Positions 39,126 through 49,035 are shown, counted from the first letter of the stretch. The stretch is DNA of 64,000 nt from Tissierellia bacterium (GCA_012520455.1 JAAYOE010000037.1:6027-70026); one strand, 5' to 3'. A program made the numbers and translations. The notes: generated by a model not told the origin, from the letters alone.

Positions 39126-39895
39126 ACTTAGAATCCATTATCAATATATTGAATGATGAAGTAAAATTAAAGGAACATGAAAGCTGGGACAACTCCGGAC
39201 TCCAGGTCGGGTCAGATAAGGCTTGCATAAATAAAATCATGTTAACCATGGATTTGGGGAGGGAGGCATTAGACCTTGCCCTTCGAGAGAAGGTTGATTT
39301 AATAATTACCCACCACCCCTTTTTTTTCAGCCCCATAAAAAGAATTGACACCGATACCTACGACGGCCAAATAATAAAGATGCTCATCAAGGAAAATATT
39401 AACCTTTACAGCATACACACAAGCTATGACATGGCCGACAAGGGAGTCACCTCCAGTTTGGCAGAAAAACTGAACATAGTGAATTATCAAATCCTCCATC
39501 CTGTTAATGAGGATAAGAGCGGTTACGGGGGAATTGGAGATATTCCTCCCATAGATATTATCGAGTATGCACAATTTGTAAAAAAAGCACTTGAAGCAGA
39601 CTATGTACGCTTGTACTCTAAGGGCGGAGAAACAGTAAAAAGGGTTGCTTTCTGCGGGGGCAGCGGCGGTGAATTTATCGAGGATGCAATAAAACAAGGT
39701 GCAGATGTCTACATAACGGGAGATATTAAATACCACCAGGCCCAGGATGGGCTCAAGAATGATTTATGCATCATAGATGCAGGCCATTACGATACGGAAG
39801 CCCACTCAATGGACTTCCTGAAAGAGGTGCTTAAAAAAACAGGCCTAAAAGTAATAAGCTTTAAAAAAAATAAGGCTCAAGAAATAATAATATAG
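39122..39895 (+). CDS. Nif3-like dinuclear metal-centre protein
   Basis: WDNSGLQVG, IITHHPFFF, SIHTSYD, ITGDIKYH, DAGHYDTE. Confidence 0.92.
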   Translation: MNLESIINILNDEVKLKEHESWDNSGLQVGSDKACINKIMLTMDLGREALDLALREKVDLIITHHPFFFSPIKRIDTDTYDGQIIKMLIKENINLYSIHTSYDMADKGVTSSLAEKLNIVNYQILHPVNEDKSGYGGIGDIPPIDIIEYAQFVKKALEADYVRLYSKGGETVKRVAFCGGSGGEFIEDAIKQGADVYITGDIKYHQAQDGLKNDLCIIDAGHYDTEAHSMDFLKEVLKKTGLKVISFKKNKAQEIII

Positions 39896-39903
39896 AGGTA
39901 GCT

Positions 39904-41832
39904 ATGGATAAGGGTTTTGAATACATGAGAGTTGCATCGGCAGTGCCCTCCCTGAGGGTGGCAGATCCCTATTACAATGTTAAAGAGATTATAAAGATTT
40001 GTGTAAAAGCTTCAGACCAAGGGGTAAGGGTCTTGGTATTTCCCGAACTCTCCATGACAGGCTATACCTGCCAGGATTTATTCCAGCAAAAATCATTGAC
40101 AGACCGGTGCCAGGAAGCATTAAAGCTCTTGCTGGAAGAAACTAAATATTTAAATATGCTGATAGCTGCAGGAATGCCGGTAAGGGCAGACGGCCAGCTT
40201 TTTAACTGCGCCGTAATCCTGAAGGAAGGGAAGATACTTGGTCTTGTTCCAAAAACATATTTGCCCAACTACGGGGAATTCTACGAAATGAGGTGGTTTG
40301 CCCCTGCCTATAAAAGGATGTCGGAAACAATAACCCTTTGTGACCAGGAAGTGCCCTTCAATGAAAAGCTCTTGTTCAAGGATGACATATCTCCGCTTTG
40401 TGTGGGTGTTGAAATATGTGAAGACTTGTGGGCCCTCATCCCTCCAAGTTCTTATCATTCAGGATATGGTGCCAATTTAATCCTCAACCTGTCGGCAAGC
40501 AATGACTTGGCAGGCAAGGCTGATTACCGCAGAGAATTAGTCAAGCACCAATCCTCCAAGTGTATATCGGCATATGTTTATTCCTCTGCGGGAGAGGAAG
40601 AAAGCACTACGGACCTGGTGTATTCGGGACACTGCATGATTGCTGAAAACGGCATATTGTTGGAGGAAGATAAGGTATGGGACGGATTTATTTATACGGA
40701 TATCGATTTGGAGAAGTTGAATAACGAAAGGGTTAGGTCCAATACTTTTATTGACACAATCGGAAAAAGAGACTATAAATATGTTGCTTTCAATTTAGGA
40801 TGCAGCGAGAATTTGAAACTGAAAAGATTTGTGAATCCGAGGCCCTTTATTCCTTCAAGTCCGGAAGTCAGGGACAGGAGAATAAGTGACATAATAAACA
40901 TTCAAGCTGTAGGATTAGCCCAGAGGATGAAGAAGATAAATTCAAAAAAAGCTGTTATAGGCATATCGGGCGGGTTGGACAGTACATTAGCTTTGATTGT
41001 TATCATAGAAGCATTTAATAAATTAAAATTACCCCTTACAAATATAATAGCCGTCATAATGCCGGGATTCGGAACATCCGAAAGAACATACAAAAATGCA
41101 CATGCAATCGTCAGTGGATTAGGGACCGGTTTAAGGGAAATATCTATTGAGGATGCTTGCATTCAGCATTTTAAAGATATAGGCCACGACATTGATAATC
41201 ATGATGTGGTGTATGAAAACGCTCAGGCAAGGGAAAGAACACAAATTCTGATGGATATTGCCAACCAGGAAGGGGGAATAGTCGTAGGGACAGGGGATTT
41301 ATCCGAGCTGGCCTTAGGATGGTGCACTTACAACGCCGACCATATGTCAATGTACAGCGTAAATTCGGGAGTTCCCAAAACTTTAGTAAGATACATGGTA
41401 AAATGGTATGCTGATTACAAAACAGCGGGAAATTTGCAAAAAGTCCTCTTAGATGTATGGGAGACACCGGTAAGTCCTGAACTCCTTCCGCCGGACAAGG
41501 AAGGGAATATTCGCCAGTTTACGGAAAACTCCATAGGCTCATATGAGCTGAATGATTTTTTCTTGTACAATATGATGAGAAACGGCTATGGTCCGGAAAA
41601 AATATATTATTTGGCAAAAATAGCCTTCAAGGACGAGTATGACCGGGAAGTTATTCTTGAAACCTTAAAAAGTTTCTACAAGAGGTTTTTCACCCAGCAG
41701 TTTAAGCGGTCCTGCATGCCCGACGGGGTCAAGGTAGGGTCTGTATCCCTGTCGCCGAGAGGAGACTGGAAAATGCCCTCCGACGCATCCTATGAATTAT
41801 GGATGAAGCTTTGCGAAGAAATCGAGAAATAA
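39904..41832 (+). CDS. nadE: Glutamine-dependent NAD+ synthetase
   Basis: FPELSMTGY, EICEDLW, GISGGLDST, ENAQARER, GTGDLSE, FKRSCMPDG. Confidence 0.95.
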   Translation: MDKGFEYMRVASAVPSLRVADPYYNVKEIIKICVKASDQGVRVLVFPELSMTGYTCQDLFQQKSLTDRCQEALKLLLEETKYLNMLIAAGMPVRADGQLFNCAVILKEGKILGLVPKTYLPNYGEFYEMRWFAPAYKRMSETITLCDQEVPFNEKLLFKDDISPLCVGVEICEDLWALIPPSSYHSGYGANLILNLSASNDLAGKADYRRELVKHQSSKCISAYVYSSAGEEESTTDLVYSGHCMIAENGILLEEDKVWDGFIYTDIDLEKLNNERVRSNTFIDTIGKRDYKYVAFNLGCSENLKLKRFVNPRPFIPSSPEVRDRRISDIINIQAVGLAQRMKKINSKKAVIGISGGLDSTLALIVIIEAFNKLKLPLTNIIAVIMPGFGTSERTYKNAHAIVSGLGTGLREISIEDACIQHFKDIGHDIDNHDVVYENAQARERTQILMDIANQEGGIVVGTGDLSELALGWCTYNADHMSMYSVNSGVPKTLVRYMVKWYADYKTAGNLQKVLLDVWETPVSPELLPPDKEGNIRQFTENSIGSYELNDFFLYNMMRNGYGPEKIYYLAKIAFKDEYDREVILETLKSFYKRFFTQQFKRSCMPDGVKVGSVSLSPRGDWKMPSDASYELWMKLCEEIEK

Positions 41833-41853
41833 TTTTATTGGATAAATCTGCAT

Positions 41854-41882
41854 TTGACATCAAATTATATGTATTGTATACT
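41854..41882 (+). promoter_or_regulatory. Sigma-A promoter for rnpB
   Basis: TTGACA-17-TATACT. Confidence 0.8.
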
Positions 41883-41888
41883 GATGAT

Positions 41889-42225
41889 GAGTAAATTATA
41901 CAATCGCATGCCTAGCATGAGGAAAGTCCGAGCTCCATAGAGCAGGGTGCCGGGTAACCCCCGGTGAGGGTGACCTCAAGGACAGTGCAACAGAAAGAAA
42001 CCGCCCCGCACCCAAGGTGCGAGGTAAGGATGGAAAGGTGAGGTAAGAGCTCACCGGCAATCAGGCGACTGGTTGGCCATGTAAACCCCACCCGGAGCAA
42101 GACCAAAAAAGGACCTTGGAGTGGCTGCTCGTCACGGTCCAAATGGTAGGTCGCTTGAGTCTGCCGGCAACGGCAAACCTAGATAGATGATTGTTTAATA
42201 CAGAACTCGGCTTATGTATTTACTC
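41889..42225 (+). ncRNA. rnpB: RNase P RNA (type A)
   Basis: GAGGAAAGTCCGAGCTCC, AGTGCAACAGAAAG, GGTAAACCCC-like, ACAGAACTCGGCTTAT; P1 GAGTAAAT/ATTTACTC. Confidence 0.97.
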
Positions 42226-42233
42226 ACCAATTG

Positions 42234-42257
42234 AACTGCTTTTCAGGCAGTTTTTTT
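42234..42257 (+). terminator. Intrinsic terminator of rnpB
   Basis: AACTGC-loop-GCAGTT followed by T-tract. Confidence 0.7.
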
Positions 42258-42371
42258 ATGGACCAAAGATGAAAGACTTGGGGGCATGTCTCCAAGATAT
42301 GTCCACAAATTTGTAACATAATTGTTATCACCGAATAAAATATGTACAGGCAAAGAAAAAAGGGTGATGAT

Positions 42372-42488
42372 ATGTTTTGTAGAATCGTGCCATGGTTTTT
42401 ACTTGGCGTAGGTTTCGGAAAGTGCAGCGAAAGACGGGATATCTTAGGAGTTAGAGGAAGATTCGACTGCTGCAGGAGAAGAAGATAA
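42372..42488 (+). CDS. Small Cys/Arg-rich hypothetical protein (38 aa)
   Basis: MFCRIVPWFLLGVGFGKCSERRDILGVRGRFDCCRRRR; RBS AAGGGTGA; own downstream terminator; below ORF-track cutoff. Confidence 0.6.
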   Translation: MFCRIVPWFLLGVGFGKCSERRDILGVRGRFDCCRRRR

Positions 42489-42494
42489 AATAAC

Positions 42495-42519
42495 AAGGGA
42501 CCCTAAGGGGTCCCTTTTT
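42495..42519. terminator. Probable bidirectional terminator
   Basis: AAGGGACCC-TAAG-GGGTCCCTTTTT between the small ORF and the convergent MFS gene. Confidence 0.7.
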
Positions 42520-43750
42520 ACATCTTAACATTAGTCATAGGGTCCTTTTCGCCTGTAATAAATTTTTTCGCTATAAAAATTACTGTAATTAAAATCACGC
42601 TGCCTGCAATCATCCAAATTTGAGGTATGGACATAAATCTGATTAAAAGGCTGTACAATAATGAGCCTGCCAAGCCTCCGACCTGTATGGTAAATGATTT
42701 CACCGAAAGGACGGAAGCCCTTATTTCGTTGGGGGTTTCGGAATTAAGTATCACGTCTTCCGGTATCGTAGCCATGCCAAACATCAGATAAATTGAGGCA
42801 TAGGAGGCGATAAACAAGGGTACCTTGGTCTGGAGGGCAGTCGCAATCAAAAAAAGGGCGAGAAGACTTCTCGTGATAAGATACATTTTTCTTAAGCTTA
42901 ATTTATATTTGCTTATGGTTTTGTTTGAAAGAATGCTTCCTGCCATAGCTGCCCCCAAGTATAAAAATGCCATCAAGCCTAAGAGGCCGCCGGACCCTTC
43001 ATGGGGCAAGAGGGTTATAAAGTGGGGCTGCCAATAGGTTTCCAATGCGCTCAGGAAGAAGCCCGTGGAGAAAACGGAAATAAATATAAAAAGAATGGTG
43101 GTGTTTTTACCAATAGAATCCCGGCTGTTTTTTACATGCTGTCTGATAGGGGCATGTTCTTTTCCGTCTTCATGCTTATTTTCCGTAATAAAAAGAGCCG
43201 ATAGAATTATAAGGACACCGGTTATAAGAATTCTAACAAGTATATTTAAATCATAAGTTCCTATGGAAGGAAGAAGCCTGCTTGATATATCAGGGAAGAA
43301 GCCTCCCGACAAGGCACCTGTGGAAAGCCCTAAGGCATCTAATACCGAAAGTCTTGTTGTAATCTTATGCAATTTATCCTTGCCGAAATCATCAATGTAG
43401 TAGTCAATGAAAAGTGCATCAAAAGAGCCGGACCCCAAAGCCCTTCCAAACCCGTAAAGAATCATCGCGATACACAATGAAAAAAAGCCCTTGCTGTTAA
43501 ATAAGAGCAAAAAACTCAGGGTAATAGCTGTCAGGGATAAAAGAAAGGTTTTCTTTCGGCCGAAAACATCTGCCATCACTCCGGAAGGAACTTCAAGCAA
43601 GATGACCGAAAGGGCATAGAGGCCTAAAACAATTGATAAGTTACTCAAGGAGGCACCTTTATCAATCAAAGCTAAACTGAGGACTGGGGTTAACAATCCG
43701 GTCAAGTATGAATTGAGAAACATGATCAAAGAATAGATATGCAGCTTCAA
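42518..43750 (-). CDS. Major facilitator superfamily transporter
   Basis: About 12 hydrophobic segments; motif A SGVMADVFGRKK; GSGSFDAL; TTG start at 43750 after GGAGG. Confidence 0.88.
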   Translation of the reverse strand: MKLHIYSLIMFLNSYLTGLLTPVLSLALIDKGASLSNLSIVLGLYALSVILLEVPSGVMADVFGRKKTFLLSLTAITLSFLLLFNSKGFFSLCIAMILYGFGRALGSGSFDALFIDYYIDDFGKDKLHKITTRLSVLDALGLSTGALSGGFFPDISSRLLPSIGTYDLNILVRILITGVLIILSALFITENKHEDGKEHAPIRQHVKNSRDSIGKNTTILFIFISVFSTGFFLSALETYWQPHFITLLPHEGSGGLLGLMAFLYLGAAMAGSILSNKTISKYKLSLRKMYLITRSLLALFLIATALQTKVPLFIASYASIYLMFGMATIPEDVILNSETPNEIRASVLSVKSFTIQVGGLAGSLLYSLLIRFMSIPQIWMIAGSVILITVIFIAKKFITGEKDPMTNVKM

Positions 43751-43789
43751 ATTCTTACCTCCAAAGGCAACTAATGAAAGGGTAGGATA

Positions 43790-43855
43790 ATTATAATCCA
43801 AAAAAGTACCCGAGTCAAGTGCAATTAATGTATGTTTTACGTGTTTGGCGGTCAA
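43790..43855 (-). promoter_or_regulatory. Two tandem sigma-A promoters for the MFS gene
   Basis: TTGACC-17-TACATT (43855-43827) and TTGACT-17-TATAAT (43818-43790). Confidence 0.65.
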
Positions 43856-43884
43856 AATCCCCGGCTTTCCTATAAGATAAATTT

Positions 43885-43909
43885 AAAAAAGACGCATTTA
43901 TATGCGTCT
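43885..43909 (-). terminator. Intrinsic terminator of ribU
   Basis: AGACGCAT-ATAA-ATGCGTC-TTTTTT on minus strand. Confidence 0.75.
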
Positions 43910-43956
43910 AAGTCCTTTGATAATTATACTTTTTTTGACTGTCCGATAAATTTAAT

Positions 43957-44568
43957 CTATCTGTGAAGTATGGGTGAAAGCTTCTTGTAAATCAATATAA
44001 CTATAGCCGAAACTGCTATACCTTTCAAGAGGTTGAAGGGTACCACGGCATAGAGGACGAATGTTTTTAAATCTGTTATTGCCGGATTTAATGCATTACC
44101 CATATCTATGAAGGCTTGGATCGGATAGCCGTAGATTTTTGAGAATAAGGGAAGCAAGAGATAATAATTCAACAAGGCTCCCGCACCTGCTAAGGTGATT
44201 GTTCCTGCAACCAAGCCCAAGACAGCTGTCTTTAATGATTTATTCCTTTTATAAATATAGCCTGCAGGCACTATGAATGCGCATCCTATCAAAAAATTCG
44301 CGAATTCTCCCACGCCGCCGGTATCTGTTCCGTTAACCACAAAGTTAATTAAAATCTTAACCAATTCTATCATGGCACCTGCTGCCGGACCTAAGGCAAA
44401 AGCTCCCAACAATACCGGTACTTCACTGAAGTCCAGCTCATAAAAGTTAGGCGCGAACCACAGGGGAAACTCAAGCAGCATCAATACCGTTGCTACCGCT
44501 CCCAATATTCCTACCTTTGTTATAACCTTTGTGTTAACTTTTTGATTGATCGTTACATCACTTTTCAT
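43957..44568 (-). CDS. ribU: Riboflavin ECF transporter S component
   Basis: LEFPL, LDFSEVPVL, GVGEFANF, PFNLLKG; preceded by FMN riboswitch. Confidence 0.88.
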   Translation of the reverse strand: MKSDVTINQKVNTKVITKVGILGAVATVLMLLEFPLWFAPNFYELDFSEVPVLLGAFALGPAAGAMIELVKILINFVVNGTDTGGVGEFANFLIGCAFIVPAGYIYKRNKSLKTAVLGLVAGTITLAGAGALLNYYLLLPLFSKIYGYPIQAFIDMGNALNPAITDLKTFVLYAVVPFNLLKGIAVSAIVILIYKKLSPILHR

Positions 44569-44613
44569 ATTATCCTCCTTGTGTCAGCACAATTTTAAGA
44601 TTGTCAGAGGCAT

Positions 44614-44639
44614 AAAAAAACCTCTGAAATCTTCAGAGG
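44614..44639 (-). terminator. Riboswitch-controlled terminator
   Basis: CCTCTGAA-GAT-TTCAGAGG-TTTTTTT. Confidence 0.8.
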
Positions 44640-44675
44640 CATCGAAAGAATCTGCTTACAATTAGGCATGTAATC

Positions 44676-44783
44676 TCTTCTCTCATCCAGACTTTACTGT
44701 CGGTATTGGAATCTAACCAATTCAGCCTTACGGCTCGCGGACTTTACCGCCGGTCGGGAATTTCACCCTGCCCTGAAGATGTT
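44676..44783 (-). ncRNA. FMN riboswitch (RFN element)
   Basis: CTTCAGGGCAGGGTGAAATTCCCGACCGGCGGTAAAGTCCGCGAGCC...ACCGACAGTAAAGTCTGGATGAGAGAAG; promoter TTTACA-16-TATAAT at 44820-44793. Confidence 0.96.
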
Positions 44784-44886
44784 TACATGCCTATTATACC
44801 ACTAATTAAATATTTGTAAACCCCTATGTGTCATAAAATTATAAATTAATAATATTATAGATTAAGAGGACAAGGCAGGGGAACTT

Positions 44887-45810
44887 ATGGAAGTTTTATT
44901 AAATTATTTTAATCCAAAAATTAAAAATGACTATTTAAAAAAAAGCGGGTTTTCCGATGAAGTTCTTGAAATCCGGCTCAGGATAAACAGTCCCCTATTA
45001 GTCAAAACATTAAGGAGAGACTTGTTTTTGGATAAGTCAATCCTCATAACAAAAAAGGACATCGATGAAATAATAGGCAATTTAACCAAAAATTCAATAC
45101 ATGCCTTTGAAGATGAAATAAAAAAGGGTTATCTGACCATAGAAGGGGGCCACAGGGTGGGTATAGGCGGCGATTGCATCTATGAGGGGGACCGGATTAA
45201 AGGATTTAAGAATATTACTTCCCTCAATATCAGGATTGCCAGAGAATTCCGCGGCTGCTCGGACAAGGTTGTGAAGCACCTCATAAGCCCCCATAAAGAT
45301 GTCTACAACACCTTGGTTGTGGGACCGCCCCTTTCCGGAAAAACAACCCTGATAAGGGATGTGGCAAGAAACTTGAGTGATGGTTTCACTGCTCCCCCTT
45401 TTGAAGGGTGCGACCTTACCATAATAGATGAAAGAGGAGAAATCAGCGCAGTACATAAGGGTATTCCCCAAATGAACACGGGAAGAAGAACGGATGTCTT
45501 GGCATATTGCAGAAAAAGGGACGGTTTTTTCATGAGTATAAGGGCCCTTTCTCCAAGAGTGATAATTTCCGATGAATTAGGCACGGCAGATGATTTTGAA
45601 ATCATTCAATATGCCCTGAAAAGCGGGGTCAAAATCATAGCGACTGCCCATGGCTTCGGTATTGAAGATGTAAAAAGAAACATATATTTAAAAAACATAA
45701 TAGAGAATAATTTTTTCGAAAGGGCCCTCATTTTGAAAAAAAGCCCCTTAAAGATAAAAGAAGTATATGATTTTAAAAGCAAAAGGGTGGTTTACAATGA
45801 TATGGATTAA
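44887..45810 (+). CDS. spoIIIAA: Stage III sporulation protein AA
   Basis: EIRLRIN, GYLTIEGGHRVG, LNIRIARE, GPPLSGKTT, DERGEI, DELG. Confidence 0.92.
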   Translation: MEVLLNYFNPKIKNDYLKKSGFSDEVLEIRLRINSPLLVKTLRRDLFLDKSILITKKDIDEIIGNLTKNSIHAFEDEIKKGYLTIEGGHRVGIGGDCIYEGDRIKGFKNITSLNIRIAREFRGCSDKVVKHLISPHKDVYNTLVVGPPLSGKTTLIRDVARNLSDGFTAPPFEGCDLTIIDERGEISAVHKGIPQMNTGRRTDVLAYCRKRDGFFMSIRALSPRVIISDELGTADDFEIIQYALKSGVKIIATAHGFGIEDVKRNIYLKNIIENNFFERALILKKSPLKIKEVYDFKSKRVVYNDMD

Positions 45811-46300
45811 ATCTGCCTTGTTTGGAGGAACCATAGTTACCGTCAGGTATATATTCAGCCTGGTCAACAGTGACGGTGACCAAAAAATCAATAAAATGAA
45901 AGAAATAATAAATTTCACGGAATACTTAAGGATATATTCCTGTGAACTGAAGATGTCTCTGGAAGAAATCCTCCAAAAATACAATTTCAAAAGCCCTGAA
46001 ATCAGGATAATGATAAGGGCTATGATCGACTCTTTAAGGGATAAAAAGAATTCTGAGGAATTATTGGTTTACATGAATGAAATTATGTTAACCCCTGACC
46101 CCTTTAACAGGTTTTTTGCCGAAATTATTGATTATTACGGGTGTACCTATTCGGAACTGCTAAATAAGAAGTTGAGCTTTGCTGTCAGAGAAATGGAAAA
46201 GTATTTGGAAGAATACGCTCTGAAACACAATGAGAAAAAAACATTGAACAACAGGGTTTCATTTCTGGCAGGTTGTTTGGCCGCTATCATATTTGTTTAG
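45797..46300 (+). CDS. spoIIIAB: Stage III sporulation protein AB
   Basis: N- and C-terminal TM pattern; second position in the eight-gene operon. Confidence 0.7.
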   Translation: MIWIKSALFGGTIVTVRYIFSLVNSDGDQKINKMKEIINFTEYLRIYSCELKMSLEEILQKYNFKSPEIRIMIRAMIDSLRDKKNSEELLVYMNEIMLTPDPFNRFFAEIIDYYGCTYSELLNKKLSFAVREMEKYLEEYALKHNEKKTLNNRVSFLAGCLAAIIFV

Positions 46301-46308
46301 GAGGGAAC

Positions 46309-46506
46309 ATGGATATAGATATAATTTTGAAGGTTGGAGCAATAGGCATTGTAGTAGCAGTATTTAATCAAATTTTAACAAAGACGGGAAGAGATGAACA
46401 AGCCATGTTTGTCACCTTAGCCGGAGTAATTGTCGTAATGGCTCTCATAGTGAGTATGATGAACGACCTGTTCACGGAGGTAAAATCTGTTTTTAACTTA
46501 TATTGA
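46309..46506 (+). CDS. spoIIIAC: Stage III sporulation protein AC
   Basis: MDIDIILKVGAIGIVVAV..L.KTGRDEQA. Confidence 0.9.
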   Translation: MDIDIILKVGAIGIVVAVFNQILTKTGRDEQAMFVTLAGVIVVMALIVSMMNDLFTEVKSVFNLY

Positions 46507-46518
46507 CGAGGGAAAAAG

Positions 46519-46908
46519 ATGTTGCTTGGAAAAATTGTACTTATAGCCCTAATTACATTAATATTGGGCATAACCTTATCCAAATTTAATTCCGAATTCA
46601 AAGTTTATATAACGGTTATTTTCGGCCTCCTTGTAATATTTCTGCTCTTTGCCGAGCTTAAGACATACCTTGAAGAAATTGCCAATTTATTTGTCCGGTA
46701 TGAAATAAGAGCCGAATACTTCAGCACTATCCTAAAAATTGTTGCCATAGCATACATTTGTGATTTCATTTCACTCATATGCAAGGATTTGGATTATGAA
46801 TCTGTGGGGAAAAAGGTTGAAATGGCCGGAAAGCTGATAATACTAATTTATTCCGTGGATATTATCAAGGCCTTCCTGGACCAGGTTTTGGTTTTGGTTA
46901 ACGGGTGA
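46519..46908 (+). CDS. spoIIIAD: Stage III sporulation protein AD
   Basis: ILKIVAIAYIC..ICKD..G.KVEMAGK. Confidence 0.88.
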   Translation: MLLGKIVLIALITLILGITLSKFNSEFKVYITVIFGLLVIFLLFAELKTYLEEIANLFVRYEIRAEYFSTILKIVAIAYICDFISLICKDLDYESVGKKVEMAGKLIILIYSVDIIKAFLDQVLVLVNG

Positions 46909-46912
46909 TAAA

Positions 46913-48046
46913 ATGAAAAAAATAAGTCTTATAATAATTGCTTCTATCCTCTTATTTTTACAGACCAACCATGTTTCTGCCATGGAGGAAGCCATGGAAG
47001 AGATGCCAACAGAGACTTTTGAAGATTATATTTACGACAAAAATTCATATTTCAGGGAAAGAAACATTTTAATCCGGGATTTGATAAGGAATGCTTTTAC
47101 AGGAAATTTAGACATAAGCTTAAAGGATTATCTGTCTTACGAACTGAAAAACGAGCAGGGCTACTTCAAGGACATTTTAAAAACCGGAATCAATGTATTT
47201 GTTATCTGCATAGGCCTCACCATAATCAATTATTTTACGGATGACACAGAAGGCAAAAGCGTTTCGGATATTGTGGTTTTGGCCTCGGCACTAATAATTT
47301 TCACTATTGTCCTCAAGGATGTATTGAGGGTAAAGGCCATATTAAAAAACGATTTTAAGGATTTTAAGATCATAACGGAAGATATCAATGCTATATTTAT
47401 GGCAGCCATGCTGACTTTCGGAAAGCTGAGCCTGGTCCAGTTTTTTCAGTCCTCCCTAAATTACTCCATCGGCATTGCCACTCAGTTTATTTACGGCTTC
47501 ATTGATATCATGACCCTGATAATGACAGGGATTATATTAATCAACAACATGAACAAGTTTATAAATCTAAAGCTCATGTACAAGGCCTTAAAGAAAGGAA
47601 CCCTCTTAATTTTATCCGCCTTTATCATTATTGTAGTCATAAATTTTTCTGTACAAGGATATATATTATATAAAACAGACAATATTTTCATATCCTCCAT
47701 AAAGGCAATGTCCCCGACTTCCCTGCCTCTTGTGGGGAATGCGGTTTCATCATTTTTCGGCGTCTTTTTGAAAAGCTTGTTGATGATTAAGGATGTTTTG
47801 GGAATTGTTGTAATAATCTTTATTCTTTCGTCCTTTGGGGGCTCAATAATAAAGATTTCAATTGCTTTTATCGTATATAAGGTTTTAGGAGTAATGACAG
47901 AGCCTGTTAATGAAAATATATCCAAGCTCATTTATGAAATGGCCGATATTTTTTATATTTACCTCATATGTCTGATTACTCCCCTGATAATCGTGACGGT
48001 TTACTACTCCGTATTAATAAATTATATGAATAAGATATTGGTATAA
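46913..48046 (+). CDS. spoIIIAE: Stage III sporulation protein AE
   Basis: Signal peptide plus multi-TM; LPLVGNAVS; operon position. Confidence 0.8.
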   Translation: MKKISLIIIASILLFLQTNHVSAMEEAMEEMPTETFEDYIYDKNSYFRERNILIRDLIRNAFTGNLDISLKDYLSYELKNEQGYFKDILKTGINVFVICIGLTIINYFTDDTEGKSVSDIVVLASALIIFTIVLKDVLRVKAILKNDFKDFKIITEDINAIFMAAMLTFGKLSLVQFFQSSLNYSIGIATQFIYGFIDIMTLIMTGIILINNMNKFINLKLMYKALKKGTLLILSAFIIIVVINFSVQGYILYKTDNIFISSIKAMSPTSLPLVGNAVSSFFGVFLKSLLMIKDVLGIVVIIFILSSFGGSIIKISIAFIVYKVLGVMTEPVNENISKLIYEMADIFYIYLICLITPLIIVTVYYSVLINYMNKILV

Positions 48047-48048
48047 CT

Positions 48049-48489
48049 ATGAAGACGACCATTGTAAACACTATAGTCTTGATCCTGATTTTTAATTTGA
48101 TAATGATAGTTTTCCCTGAGGGCAAGACACAGAAATTTTGCAGAATTTCAATTAAACTTTTAATCATGATTTTCATTTTGGATAATATATTTCTTAATGG
48201 GAGCCTGAATGTAAACATCCTGGAAGACAGGAAAATTCCTGCTTATGAAAGAGAAATTAATTTAAACTCTCCTGAAATTATTGCTTATATAAACAGGGAA
48301 GTTTTCCGGGGAGAAGAAGTGGTTTCCGACATAATCCTTGGGTTCACCGAGGACATGGAGGTAAGTGCCTCTGTATACTTAAGCAGGATGGTCGGGAATG
48401 ATGAGAACAAGGATTTAAAAACAAAGATAGGTGAAATTTTTCGGGTAAAGACAGATAACATCCATATAAACGGGGGAAAATATGAATGA
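48049..48489 (+). CDS. spoIIIAF: Stage III sporulation protein AF
   Basis: Two N-terminal TMs with FPEGK..K; operon position. Confidence 0.72.
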   Translation: MKTTIVNTIVLILIFNLIMIVFPEGKTQKFCRISIKLLIMIFILDNIFLNGSLNVNILEDRKIPAYEREINLNSPEIIAYINREVFRGEEVVSDIILGFTEDMEVSASVYLSRMVGNDENKDLKTKIGEIFRVKTDNIHINGGKYE

Positions 48490-49021
48490 TTTTATTAAGA
48501 TGCTGAAAGAAAACAAGAAATTAAGCTATGCAGTCAATATATTCATATTATTGGTGATTATATCCATAATACTGAAGCTTGATTTTTCAAAGGTTACACA
48601 GGAACCTGAAGGTTATCGGGAAAAGGAAGGAGAAAGAGAAGACTATGTCTATAGCTTAGAAAAAAGAATGGAGGAAATACTTGGAAAGGTCGAAGGGGTA
48701 AATAGGGTGGATGTAATGATTTACACCAAAAAAACCCCTGTCTTGGAACCGGTTTTTGACGAAAACACAAGCAATGAAACAAATATCGAAACCTCCGGCG
48801 ACGGTAGCAAACGGGAGGTTAAGAGGGAGACGAAACAAAGCAAGGTTATCCTGGGAAGGGATAATTCGGTAGTTGAACGCTACTACCAATATCCTGAAAT
48901 ATCCGGTGTTCTCTTAGTGGTGGAATACAGCGGAAATAAAGATATCTACGGAATTCTTTTGAATTCTGTAAAAACCTTATTGGATATCAAATTGAATGAT
49001 ATTGAAATAATAGTATATTAA
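48482..49021 (+). CDS. spoIIIAG: Stage III sporulation protein AG
   Basis: LEKRMEEILGKVEGV..VDVMI, PEISGVLLV. Confidence 0.82.
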   Translation: MNDFIKMLKENKKLSYAVNIFILLVIISIILKLDFSKVTQEPEGYREKEGEREDYVYSLEKRMEEILGKVEGVNRVDVMIYTKKTPVLEPVFDENTSNETNIETSGDGSKREVKRETKQSKVILGRDNSVVERYYQYPEISGVLLVVEYSGNKDIYGILLNSVKTLLDIKLNDIEIIVY

Positions 49022-49035
49022 CTAAGGGGGTAATT

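Noticed and set aside
41912-42142. Minus-strand 76-aa ORF
   Set aside because: Antisense to RNase P RNA
42224-42496. Minus-strand 90-aa ORF
   Set aside because: No RBS or recognisable motif; overlaps the better-supported plus-strand small ORF and crosses terminators
42490-42503. ATAACAAGGGAC resembling the start of the REP-like repeat
   Set aside because: Only about 10 bp match and it is part of a terminator stem; not counted as a copy
44831-44858. SigE promoter for spoIIIA (TCATA..AATATTAT)
   Set aside because: Spacing one base short and -10 lacks the C; plausible biologically but not supportable from sequence alone
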